Virus record (IMG/VR): IMGVR_UViG_3300043178_000146
Span: 1-27,066 of that record
Strand: one strand, 5' to 3'
Length of the DNA: 27,066 bases
Origin: a virus
Lineage: Duplodnaviria; Caudoviricetes
Positions within the stretch are counted from its first letter, which is position 1. Every line of letters starts with the position of its first letter. Positions 16,111-26,300 of the stretch are shown piece after piece. The translations under genes and the position numbers were made by a program. The notes below the pieces were generated by a model, which made no database searches, was not told the DNA's origin, and worked only from the letters and a program-made list of their open reading frames with translations.

Positions 16111-17319
16111 TTGGTGAATCAAACCGATAAATCGACAAATAACTCTGGGTTTGCAAAGCAGCGCAAAGTCCAGATTAATGTTCCATCGCATTATCAAGAG
16201 ATAAAGCCAGAAATCTGGCAGGATCTCGAATCGTATTTGTTTGACGGCTTTCTGGTCAGTCCATCAAATATTTTTGGAGAAAACTTCGTATTCAAGACAT
16301 TGAATCATTTAGAAGTCAAACAAATTTTGTGGAAGCGTTCAATCAAAGGTGCTGCCCCGGAAGTTGATCTTCAGTTCAGATCCGCATTCATAGCTAACAG
16401 CATATTCTTGCTAAACGGCGAGAATATGTTAATTGATAGGCACAAAAATTTATCAAAACTCATGAAACTAGTTTCCAAATTATCGCCTAAAATTCAAGAT
16501 AAAATTGTAGAGAATATCTCCTACATAAATAAGAAAGCCTCGAGACTTCATCCATTGGTTGAAGTTTATGCATATGAAAATCGTTCTCGTTACAAATGGC
16601 TTCAAATCAGCCATATGCCCATTCATGCCGATGAATGCACCGGAATCGCTGGGACTTCAAATATAGGAATGAATCATTGCCAGAGCGCTTGGGTCGCTCT
16701 CAATAAAATGATAGATAAACGTGAACAATCTGACATCGAATGGTCTTATGCCAAATTCATAGGTTCATGCTGGAATAGCAAGGGCGTCAGGCAGGCCGAT
16801 GAACAAGATAGAGCTCGAAAAGCTCGGGAGCAACAGGAACGCGATGATTTGAAATTCAATCTGCTCATGAAATATATGAAGAATCAAGATCTTGAATCAA
16901 ATACGCAGGAGGGCAAAATCGTCACTCTTCCGGATGGTAGGCAAGCATTGGTCAGCAAACGTTTCATGGCCGAAAGTGTCGAAGAACTTGCCGATCAATT
17001 ATCGGCGTCTCTATCCGGTGAAAAGGATTACCACGATCTGGTCATAGAGCAAAAACGCAAGGAATATCAAGATAAGCTTCAGGCCATCGAAATTGCCAAG
17101 CAAAGAATGTGGGAAGAATCCATGCGTAGGCCGCTTCCGGTAGCGGGCAGCGGTACGCGCATCCTTGGTGGAAAGAAGGAAGCCGACGCTTATATGAAGA
17201 AAATGAATGAAGAACGCTTCAAGAGGCTCAAAATAAATCTTGGTCCGGGCGATGACGACGCTACTATAGATGCCCATACTTATATGCGAAGAAACTCAGA
17301 TGTTGATAAAATGGATTAG
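16111..17319 (+). CDS. Probable tail assembly protein (second chaperone-like gene)
   Basis: Synteny immediately before tape measure; FVFKTLN..E..FIANSIFLLNGEN segment; start uncertain (TTG 16111 or GTG 16114). Confidence 0.5.
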   Translation: MVNQTDKSTNNSGFAKQRKVQINVPSHYQEIKPEIWQDLESYLFDGFLVSPSNIFGENFVFKTLNHLEVKQILWKRSIKGAAPEVDLQFRSAFIANSIFLLNGENMLIDRHKNLSKLMKLVSKLSPKIQDKIVENISYINKKASRLHPLVEVYAYENRSRYKWLQISHMPIHADECTGIAGTSNIGMNHCQSAWVALNKMIDKREQSDIEWSYAKFIGSCWNSKGVRQADEQDRARKAREQQERDDLKFNLLMKYMKNQDLESNTQEGKIVTLPDGRQALVSKRFMAESVEELADQLSASLSGEKDYHDLVIEQKRKEYQDKLQAIEIAKQRMWEESMRRPLPVAGSGTRILGGKKEADAYMKKMNEERFKRLKINLGPGDDDATIDAHTYMRRNSDVDKMD

Positions 17320-17323
17320 ATGA

Positions 17324-20300
17324 ATGCCTAAGTCTATCGAATTCACTCTCAAACCAACGGTTGATCTGGCTGCGTCCAGAGCGGCAAAGAGTCATCTCAA
17401 AGCTCTATCTGAAGCTTCTCGAACAAGTGCCGAATCTTTGAAAGAATTGGCGGATGTGACCGAGAATCAAGCCAAAGGAATGAGAAAATATGCAGCAGCT
17501 CAAAAAACGATAGGAAAACAATTATCAGTTTCGGCCAATAAATATATTCAAGAATTGGGAGAAATGGCTGATCAATTAGATTATTTGAGACAGAAAACTT
17601 CCGAAACCGCAGAAGAGATAGCAAGCACAAGTGATGAGGCTGAAAAAGCTAAATTAGAAGTCAAATTTCAAAATTATACAAAACAAATTTCAAATCTTTC
17701 CAAGGAAATGAAAAAACGCTGGGAAGGTGGCAAGAAAGAACGGAAAGAAATCAATAAGACCATAAAAACCGAGAAGGAACGTATTAATGTTCTCAAAGGA
17801 ATGAAGGAATATACAGGCCAAAAATTCGCTAAGGACATTAAAGAAAGTATTGGAAAGATTCAAATCGGTAAAGGCGCTGCCGGGGCGGCATTAGGAGCTG
17901 TCAAGGGTGTCTTCGGGGCGGTCGGTAAGATGGCCGGTGCCGGGGCCGCCGGGGCCGCCGGGGCCGCCGGGGCCGTTGGAACGATCGCAAGCGTTTTGCC
18001 GTTGCTCTTAAGAGCGGCCGGTCCGATCGGAGCCATTGCATCAGTCATAGCCTCGGTCGCCGGATTCGCATTTCAGACCGATAAAAGAATCAAAGATCTC
18101 AACAAGGCTCTTATCGGAGGACTCGGAACTGCTAATGAGTTCATGTCTATAATGGCTGGTGGAGATTATAAAGGAGCAATAGATAATTTTCGGCGCTCAA
18201 TGATCGATTCTAATTCTATACTCATGCGATATAATATGACCGCTGAAGATGGAGCTAGAATTATAAATGCATTCGCCCGTGAATCAACCGGGTCTATCAC
18301 TAAAACCAGTGCTGAATTTAAAAAATTACCACAAGGTTCCGCACAATTTGTGAATGCTGCAATCACTTATGGCATAGCTCTTGGAAAATCCGCCGATGAA
18401 GTGGCCGGTCTAATGGGCGAATTAAATAGAAATATTGGCGTTACAGGAGAAGGCGCAATCAATGTCATGAAAAATGTCGTAGCAACAGCGGCAGACGCGC
18501 AAATGCCCGCTTGGAAATTTATGCAAATCTTTCAAGATTCAATTCCGGCTCTCGAGCTTTATATCAACAGAATCGAAGAGTTGACCGGAATCATCAGCAC
18601 ACTCAGTAAAACTATGGATCCACGTTCAGTCCAGCAATTCATGGAAGCATTCGCCAGAGGATTTGAAGGAGTTGATTTCAAACAGCGTCTTAAGACCGCA
18701 TTGGTAGTGGGAGTCGAAAAAGTAAGTAAAATTCTTGAAAAGGATTTCGAAAACAAAGCAATAGCGATGGAAAGAGACTTCGGGAAAATCGGAGCAGGTT
18801 TCGGAAAGGCCTTGAAAGGCAGTGCAAAAGATTTTGAGAAATTCATGGTTAACGCTCAGAGAGAAGGCGCATCCGCTGCTCAAATAGAACAAATGAGACA
18901 ATTGAGATTTTTCGAAGAGACAAGGAAAAAAGGTGGCCCGCTCGAAATGGCAACAGCAATGGGCGGAGCCGGTGCCGAAGGGACATTTAGGATATTGAAA
19001 GCGCTTTCTCAATCAATGGGAACGGGATTTAGCGGATTGAATGAACATGTGATCAAACAACTTGGAATTTCTGAACAACAATATAGATCCATGATTAAAA
19101 TGAACAATTCGATGACCCAAATGAGATCCATGGCAAAACAAACAGGATCAACAGGCCTTGACACTTTGGATGTAGCATTACGTGAAATGGGAGTTTCAGA
19201 TATTAGAGCAGCAACTGAAGATCAAATTCTTTCCGCCATGACCAGAACTGGTAAATTTACTGAGGATTTGGAAAAGACTACGGAAGAGCTCGCCACACAA
19301 CAGGTAGATCTTACAACTTCGATATTGGATAGACTCGACAATGTAATTACCAATCTTTTGGATAAAATTTATGGTGAACTAGATTTTATTTCTGATATGT
19401 TTAGCGATTTAGTTATGTCTTTCACCACAGATCCTAAGAAAGAAACTAAAAAGGAGCTTGAAACGGCATTTGAAAAAGTAAAAACAACTTTGAAAAGCCC
19501 TGAAGCCATTACTGTTTTAGATAGTATGAATGAAAATATAAAGAAAGAAATTGATGCTGGCACTTCTAGAGAAGAAATGACAGAAAAATATTTTAAACTT
19601 GGGGAAAAAACTCCGGATCAATTGGATGAGTTAATCAGTGCATATTCTGTTCAATCACCCATGAAGGATGCTTTTGATATGCTTAAAAGTAGTATGACTG
19701 AAGAACAGAAAAAAGCAGCGAAAGTATCGATATTAGAAGAAGCTATCAAAAATATGGATCCAAAAACTTTTGGGTATGCTCTTGCCGGTGAAGTAGCTGA
19801 TGAAGTCAGATCAAAAAAACCAGAAGAGTTAGCAACAATGGCAGAAGAAGCTTCTAAAGCATCAGCTGCAGCTTTTGAAGCCCGTACAAGAAGAGCCGGT
19901 ACGGAATCACCCGAACAAAAGAAAGTAAGAGAAACTCAGGAGAAAGCGTCGGCAGCTGCTCAGCAAACTGCTAAAGCTGTTGCCCCTGCTGGGGCAGCTG
20001 CTCCAGCTGCTCCAGCAACAATAGTAACTTCTACTCGAATGGGTACAACAACAGTTGAAAATATACGACCTGGTGCCCCAGCAGCTGCTGGAGTTCAAAA
20101 AAAGATGGGAGAAAGATCATTAGAGAACACATCGGAACAATTAGGTATTTCTGAAGAACAATATGATGAGTTAAAAAAACAACATGAAGTGATGAATGAA
20201 GTTGCTAAAAATGGCGGTGACACTCATGATCTTATCAAAAAAGGTGTGAAAATCGATTCGACCTTTTTGACCGGGAAATTCAAAAATACAATTATAGAAG

Positions 20301-20671
20301 CTACATATGAAGCTTTTTCAGATGTCATGATTGAATATGCGATAGCACAAGTGGATGAGTTTAATGAAATTATAGAAAAAGTAAAGAGTGGTACAACACT
20401 TGATGAACTAAAAAAAATTGGATTAAAAGGATTGGCTGAAAACGTAATGCCTGCACGAGAAATGCAAGCGGGTGGAATTGTATCCAGGCCTACACTAGCT
20501 ATGGTTGGAGAAGCCGGTCCAGAAGCCGTTGTTCCTCTTGGTAAGAGTGGATTTGGAGGGGGAGTCACTATAGGGTCATTTAATGTCAATATTTATAACG
20601 CCACGAATCATGAAGCTGTTCGTCTCGCCGTTGTTCGTGGAATCAGAGACGCTGCTAAATATAAGACTTGA
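17324..20671 (+). CDS. Tail tape measure protein
   Basis: 1115 aa; N-terminal coiled coil, Ala/Gly-rich hydrophobic stretch, long helical body, C-terminal MQAGGIVSRPTLAMVGEAGPEAVVPL motif common in TMPs. Confidence 0.88.
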   Translation: MPKSIEFTLKPTVDLAASRAAKSHLKALSEASRTSAESLKELADVTENQAKGMRKYAAAQKTIGKQLSVSANKYIQELGEMADQLDYLRQKTSETAEEIASTSDEAEKAKLEVKFQNYTKQISNLSKEMKKRWEGGKKERKEINKTIKTEKERINVLKGMKEYTGQKFAKDIKESIGKIQIGKGAAGAALGAVKGVFGAVGKMAGAGAAGAAGAAGAVGTIASVLPLLLRAAGPIGAIASVIASVAGFAFQTDKRIKDLNKALIGGLGTANEFMSIMAGGDYKGAIDNFRRSMIDSNSILMRYNMTAEDGARIINAFARESTGSITKTSAEFKKLPQGSAQFVNAAITYGIALGKSADEVAGLMGELNRNIGVTGEGAINVMKNVVATAADAQMPAWKFMQIFQDSIPALELYINRIEELTGIISTLSKTMDPRSVQQFMEAFARGFEGVDFKQRLKTALVVGVEKVSKILEKDFENKAIAMERDFGKIGAGFGKALKGSAKDFEKFMVNAQREGASAAQIEQMRQLRFFEETRKKGGPLEMATAMGGAGAEGTFRILKALSQSMGTGFSGLNEHVIKQLGISEQQYRSMIKMNNSMTQMRSMAKQTGSTGLDTLDVALREMGVSDIRAATEDQILSAMTRTGKFTEDLEKTTEELATQQVDLTTSILDRLDNVITNLLDKIYGELDFISDMFSDLVMSFTTDPKKETKKELETAFEKVKTTLKSPEAITVLDSMNENIKKEIDAGTSREEMTEKYFKLGEKTPDQLDELISAYSVQSPMKDAFDMLKSSMTEEQKKAAKVSILEEAIKNMDPKTFGYALAGEVADEVRSKKPEELATMAEEASKASAAAFEARTRRAGTESPEQKKVRETQEKASAAAQQTAKAVAPAGAAAPAAPATIVTSTRMGTTTVENIRPGAPAAAGVQKKMGERSLENTSEQLGISEEQYDELKKQHEVMNEVAKNGGDTHDLIKKGVKIDSTFLTGKFKNTIIEATYEAFSDVMIEYAIAQVDEFNEIIEKVKSGTTLDELKKIGLKGLAENVMPAREMQAGGIVSRPTLAMVGEAGPEAVVPLGKSGFGGGVTIGSFNVNIYNATNHEAVRLAVVRGIRDAAKYKT
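17939..17974 (+). repeat. 9-nt tandem repeat (gccggggcc)x4 encoding (AGA)4
   Basis: Four perfect all-GC copies in the TMP gene. Confidence 0.92.
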
Positions 20672-20674
20672 ATT

Positions 20675-21604
20675 ATGGCAACTGGCCAAATAAAGATTCC
20701 ATACACTCCAAATCCAAAGCAGGATGAAGTATTTTCATTTTATCGTCGGCGTAGAGGACGCCCACTTTTATTTCAAATTATAAGTCCTAATAGCAGAAAG
20801 CCTCTGCTACCATTTTTGCTCGCTCTGCATGTAAATCCAGAATCTCTGGAAGAACGTTTTACGAAATCAAAGAATGTTGTGATGACTTATGGTGGTTATG
20901 TCGAATTCAATTGGCCTGATGATCTCGATGCGTTGTCTGCCAGCGGCTCCACCGGAGCGTTCTTGGGGCCACTTGGCGGTCTCACCACACAATTCAGGAA
21001 AGAAACTATCGCGTGGGAGCGCCAACAAGATTTATTAGAGCTGTTTCACCATAATGGAATGATTTTCGATGCTAACGGCAGGCCGATTTTGCGTGGTGCC
21101 GTCCAGATGATCTATGATAGAGGAATTTATGAGGGATTCTTCACTTCTTTCACAGTAACAGAAGATGATGAACATCCGTTTTCATTCACAATTGATTGGG
21201 AATTCAAGGTAGAAGTCACGACATATAAGTTCCCGCCAAACGCTCTCAACACCGTAGAAATTTCTGCTCCAGATCCAGAATTGTTGGAGCCTCCGATCAT
21301 TCAACCGGAAGGGGCTGAATTTTTACCAATCAATTTGACCGAACAACAATTACAAGAAAATGAAACAGCGTTTATCGAACAGCCACCTGTAGAGACGGAA
21401 GAACCTATCGAATCGGGAGGTAATCTACCTGTTACTACTGGAGGTAGCCAGGAAACAACAGAAGCTCGGGAAAGTAGCCAAGAAACAACAGAAGCTCGGG
21501 AAAGTTTTGGTGCAACATTGGATATTATTCCCCCTGGCAGCAGAGAAGTTCATGATGCAGCATCCGCTGAACGGGAATTTTTGAAAGATCTCGGGCTTCT
21601 CTAA
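20675..21604 (+). CDS. Baseplate / tail tube initiator-like protein with acidic disordered tail
   Basis: LHVNPESLEERFTK..TYGGYVEFNWPDDLDALSASGSTG..YEGFFTSFTVTEDDEHPFSFTIDWEFKV tube-like fold pattern; directly after TMP. Confidence 0.68.
   Translation: MATGQIKIPYTPNPKQDEVFSFYRRRRGRPLLFQIISPNSRKPLLPFLLALHVNPESLEERFTKSKNVVMTYGGYVEFNWPDDLDALSASGSTGAFLGPLGGLTTQFRKETIAWERQQDLLELFHHNGMIFDANGRPILRGAVQMIYDRGIYEGFFTSFTVTEDDEHPFSFTIDWEFKVEVTTYKFPPNALNTVEISAPDPELLEPPIIQPEGAEFLPINLTEQQLQENETAFIEQPPVETEEPIESGGNLPVTTGGSQETTEARESSQETTEARESFGATLDIIPPGSREVHDAASAEREFLKDLGLL
21444..21505 (+). repeat. 30-nt tandem duplication (SQETTEARES x2)
   Basis: gtagcca(g/a)gaaacaacagaagctcgggaaa at 21444..21473 and 21474..21503, one mismatch. 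Confidence 0.92.
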
Positions 21605-23355
21605 TGGCTGAGCAACATAATTTTCTTGATAACATTCAGGCAGTATCTTTTCAAATATTAAAACGACTCGATAGTCTTGCGCGTCGTGCCAGTCTCAATA
21701 CCGCTCCAGATCTGACAAATTTCGATGCATCGCGACCGATTACAGCGGCAAAGCGAAGTTTGAAACCATTTATAATAGGTTTTGTTCCGCCGGACATTCC
21801 TTTATCATTTAAGCCGTTCGAGCGGGTGCAATCAGAGTTTGTTCTTCCTCCGAGAGCCGGGTTCCCGATAACGCAAAAGCCACCAAAGCCGCCAGGCCCG
21901 CTTGTCGAAGTTCCTCCGACTAAATCAAAAGTAGCGACCGGAGAAGGTGGTGAAAGACGAAAAAAACGAACTAAAATCAGTACAAAACAAATGCGGGAGG
22001 CTTTGACTTCTGCATGGATAGATAGATATGGTTCTCCACCATCGAATTCTACTATGAATATATTGCTGGCTCAAGCAGCTTTAGAAACTGGTGAAGGTCA
22101 ACTTATGGATAATTTCAATTTTGGAAATATCCATGCCGGTAGAAGCAGCAAGGATTTGGATGTTGCACCTCCTCCTCCGGCAAATCCTCATATCAAATAT
22201 TACGATGGAATTGATTTTGATGGAACAGGAAGAAAATACCGTGTCACATTTGAAGCTTATGATTCTGCAGAAGAAGGAGCTCGAAGATACATAGACAAGC
22301 TGCACGATCGATGGCCGCAAGCCATAGGACCGTTGCTCAATGGAGATACCGATGCATATTTGGCAGCTCTTGTATCAAATCCGAAAGCCAAATATTTTGA
22401 AGCATCACCTGAGAGATACGGTCGTGGAGTCAAGGCCAGAATAAAGCAATATGAGAAAACTTTTCCTCCTGATGTCAACAATCAAGTGACCAACCAAAAT
22501 AATCCAAGAAAGCTTTCAGTCGATGATTTCTCTAAACGCACGCTTCGAAACGCAATTAATGCGGTTGGAGCCGCTTTCGCCCCGGGCAGAGTCGGAGTGA
22601 TGACTTCACAAAATGTCACCGATGATGATGACGCTGTCACTCAGATATCCGGTAGAAACATTCAACTAACTAATGATTTTAGAGCACAACAAATCGCTGA
22701 TCAAATAAATGAACTTCAAACTCAAATACAATTTATAAAAGAAATGCCTCCGTTGTTATTTCTGATAAATCCCCAAGAATTTGTTAGAAATTATGAACAG
22801 ACATATGATGATAGCGTGAAAACTCGAAATGGTCACGTGGTTCATATGTGGCTCGAGAAGCCTTTAAATATTTCTTGTAAGGGTGTATCCGCCGCTCAGT
22901 ATGTTGTGACATCAGGTCTCGGTGATCGCCCTCCTGATTCTGGTTCACCAAATGCTACCGGGGTGACAGGTCTAGATACTCATCTCAGACTCAAATCTTT
23001 GAGTTATCAAAATCTGATGTCATTGGTTTTGATTTATAAAAACAACGGAATTTTGATTCAAAATGGAACCAATCAGGCCGGAATTGGAATCTTTGCGTTC
23101 AGTGTCTTCATTTATTATGATGATCATATTTATCTCGGATCATTCGATGATTTTTCGCTCTCTGAATCCTCTGAAAAACCATTCAATTTCGAATATAATT
23201 TCAAATTCACCGTCAGGTATGATTTCGATGTTGCACCATTTACCGATTTGTCAATCAGCCAAGGTATATTTAATGCCACGAATGATAACCCGTTTGCTCC
23301 GGATCGAATTCCAATAAGCTTCAATCCGCAAGTAAATCCGAATCCGCGAGGTTAA
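21604..23355 (+). CDS. Baseplate / tube initiator-like protein with internal GH73/FlgJ-like peptidoglycan hydrolase domain
   Basis: LLAQAALETG...NFNFGNI...FEAYDSAEEGARRY...YFEA..Y (~21970..22465); C-terminal FLINPQEF..YLGSFDDFSLSESSEKPFNFEYNFKFTV parallels the preceding gene. Confidence 0.72.
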   Translation: MAEQHNFLDNIQAVSFQILKRLDSLARRASLNTAPDLTNFDASRPITAAKRSLKPFIIGFVPPDIPLSFKPFERVQSEFVLPPRAGFPITQKPPKPPGPLVEVPPTKSKVATGEGGERRKKRTKISTKQMREALTSAWIDRYGSPPSNSTMNILLAQAALETGEGQLMDNFNFGNIHAGRSSKDLDVAPPPPANPHIKYYDGIDFDGTGRKYRVTFEAYDSAEEGARRYIDKLHDRWPQAIGPLLNGDTDAYLAALVSNPKAKYFEASPERYGRGVKARIKQYEKTFPPDVNNQVTNQNNPRKLSVDDFSKRTLRNAINAVGAAFAPGRVGVMTSQNVTDDDDAVTQISGRNIQLTNDFRAQQIADQINELQTQIQFIKEMPPLLFLINPQEFVRNYEQTYDDSVKTRNGHVVHMWLEKPLNISCKGVSAAQYVVTSGLGDRPPDSGSPNATGVTGLDTHLRLKSLSYQNLMSLVLIYKNNGILIQNGTNQAGIGIFAFSVFIYYDDHIYLGSFDDFSLSESSEKPFNFEYNFKFTVRYDFDVAPFTDLSISQGIFNATNDNPFAPDRIPISFNPQVNPNPRG

Positions 23356-26300
23356 ATGGCAAATTCCAGACAAAGTGCGTTTAGAGGAACTTGGACAGCT
23401 AACGCTCGTCCGTATGTTACTTTGGTTCCAGATTGTTGGATCTCGATTCAGTCGGAGACAAATCTGATTGGTTGCGGTGAATGTAAACGATCTATCGATT
23501 TGAATAGATATGTAACTTCGATCAATACCGAAAATTATGTGGATTCTCCGCCCGGGTCTGCTTCAATTCAGTTATCTGTACCCGACACTGATGTGAATAA
23601 TTTTTATTCAGATGGAAGGCTTGTTATTCAATCAATGATGGAAGTCGAAATTTTTGCCAAAGGTTATTACCTGGTCGGCGGCGTTCCGCAATATTACAGA
23701 ATTTTTTGGGGTTTGATCAGTTCAGTTACTCAATCATGGTCCGGTGGCGTCACTACGATAAACATTGCATGCAAGGATATGCTCAGATGGTGGGAACTTA
23801 CTGTCACGAATTTGAATCCGGCTTTTATCGGATGGCACGGATCTCAAGTCGGGTATCAGCTGTTTCAGAATAGATTTGCTGGGTTCAATCCTTATACCGT
23901 AATAATCCAACTCGCCAAAGAAGCTATGGGTGATTTCTTGGTGAGCACCGGATCTTTCCAATCATTCATTCCTGATGCTGGCCGAGCTGAAGGAGGAGTT
24001 TTTGCGACTTATTCACAAGATATCATGGCGTACTGGCAACTAAAATTTTCCAGTATTTGGCAAAATCTGGTTTTATTTGGAACTTCAGGTTTTGCTTACA
24101 CAGTCAAAGATCAGTTCAATAAAGATCTCAGCGCTCAAGAAATTTCAAACAGAATCTTTGACGCCGAGGATCGAAGACTGAATTTGAATCAAGAAACCGC
24201 TAAATTCAGAATCAAACCTGAAGAACAAGCAGCATATAAAATTCAAATTGATAGAGCTGGTGATGTCGAATTTTTTCAAAATGATTTTCAGACTAAATTG
24301 CAACTGGCGACTACGGCCAGAGATCAAGCTGGCGGATTCGAATTTTATTGTGATTCTACCGGAGATATCATCTTCAAACCACCGTTTTATAACGTCAATG
24401 TCATACCAAATAAACCTGTGTCATGGATTCAAGATTTTGAAATAATCGATGATTCCATAACGGAATCAGAAGCCGAAGTTTATACACATATCGATTCCAG
24501 CGGCAATGCGTTCGGTGGCGTTATTGATTATGGTTTGAATGACCCCATAACAACTCCCCGGACCGGAGTCACCGATTATCATTTGTTGAGACGATATGGA
24601 TGGCGCAGGCTTGATTATCAAACCGAATGGGCTGGTAATGCTAAGAAGTTATTTTATTTTTTGCTCGATTGGATGGATAGGCAAAATTCCCGTCGTGAGT
24701 CAGGAAATATCACAATTCCATTGAGACCGGAATTGCGAATCGGATTTCCGGTTTGGATTCCAAAATATGATTCATTTTTTTATGTTCAAGGATTATCTCA
24801 CACATATTCGGTCGGAGGTCAGGCTACCACAGTTTTGACACTGACTGCAAAGCGCAGCAAGTTCATAGCCCCCAAGAACATAGGACAAATCATAGCTACT
24901 GATGAAATCAAAAAAGCTCAGAAAACAAAAGCGCGGTCTCGAGAACTTCAACAGAAAGAAGAACGGGAAGCACGGGAAGCTGCCGCGGCAGCCCAAAAAT
25001 TCAAGGGAAAAGCTTTCGTTCCTCAAGGTAGGGATCAACCTGAATCGGAACCAATATATGAAGTTTCATTTCCTACAGGGGTTGGTGAAACTTCCATATT
25101 TGTGCCCGATGCTGAATCAAAAGGGCCAGCCATTCTCAGGGATCCGGATACAGGCAAGTTATTAGGTTACCCGAATGTCGTGATGGTATATCGAAGCACT
25201 TTGAATGCTTTGACATTGGCCAAGGTTAAACAAAACATTGGAACAAATGCTAAACCGGAATTTACGGATTCTCAAAGGAATCGTTATAGAACAAACTTAC
25301 TCAGTGTCAATGAGTTATTGCGAGTTGAAAATCGTGAAAAGCTTGTAGCACGTTTAAGAGCCCATAGATATGAAGCAGGTCTGACTTCAGGAGGATTATA
25401 CGACTATGCGCATGATGTGAATGCTCATTTCAAAGAATTCTCAGTGATTCCAATCAATTCTATCATATGGGGAACCGGCTCCGATCGGGCTGGACGAACC
25501 AGAAATGCAGTGAATACTGACGTTACAAATTCCGTACTTTCAATAGATGAACAACAAGAACGAGAAGATAACAGAGTCAGACAAGAACAAAATCGGGATC
25601 GCATCAAAATTGTCACTAAAGACATTGACGCGACTATCAAGGCCATAAAGGCAAAGAAAGCTGAAATTGATAAAGTCACCCGAGAATTGAATGATTTCAA
25701 TAAGAAAGTTCCGACGGACCCAAGGGTTTTAATATCATTGAATACAAATCCGAGCGATTTGGACGAATTAAATAATCTGATAAAACTCAGAGCAGATGCA
25801 GCTTCGGAATTGGCAGAAGTTAATTTTAAGATACAATTGAATAATAAGAATTTGAAATCGAAATTGAATAATGATCTCCAAAAAGCGGCGTTGGAATTGG
25901 ACGCGATATCTCTAGCCAATAATCAAAAATCGCTCAAAACACGAATATCAGACTTGGATGTCGCGATAAAATCGAAACAATCGTCATCCAGTATTATTAC
26001 ACAAAGGGATGTAATCACCAACAAATTGTTATCATTACAAAATGAATTGGAGGTTCTTCAAAATGAACTCAATGCTAAACGGGAAGAACTGGTGGATCTA
26101 CAATCAGGTCTGGTGAGTCCAGATCTTGCTTCAGCTACCGCTGCGGTCACTGAAGCTAAGATAAAAGTTCAAGATTTACAATTCAAAATCGGGGATTTGG
26201 AAGTTCAGATCAAAAATCTTTCAGCAAAAGATCCCAGTAGGGCCCAAATCCAAGCAGATTTGAATAAAGCCAGACAAGATTTGATAAAGGCAAACAACGA

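Noticed and set aside
21444-21505. 30-nt repeat as a CRISPR remnant
   Set aside because: Two adjacent in-frame copies with no spacer inside a coding region
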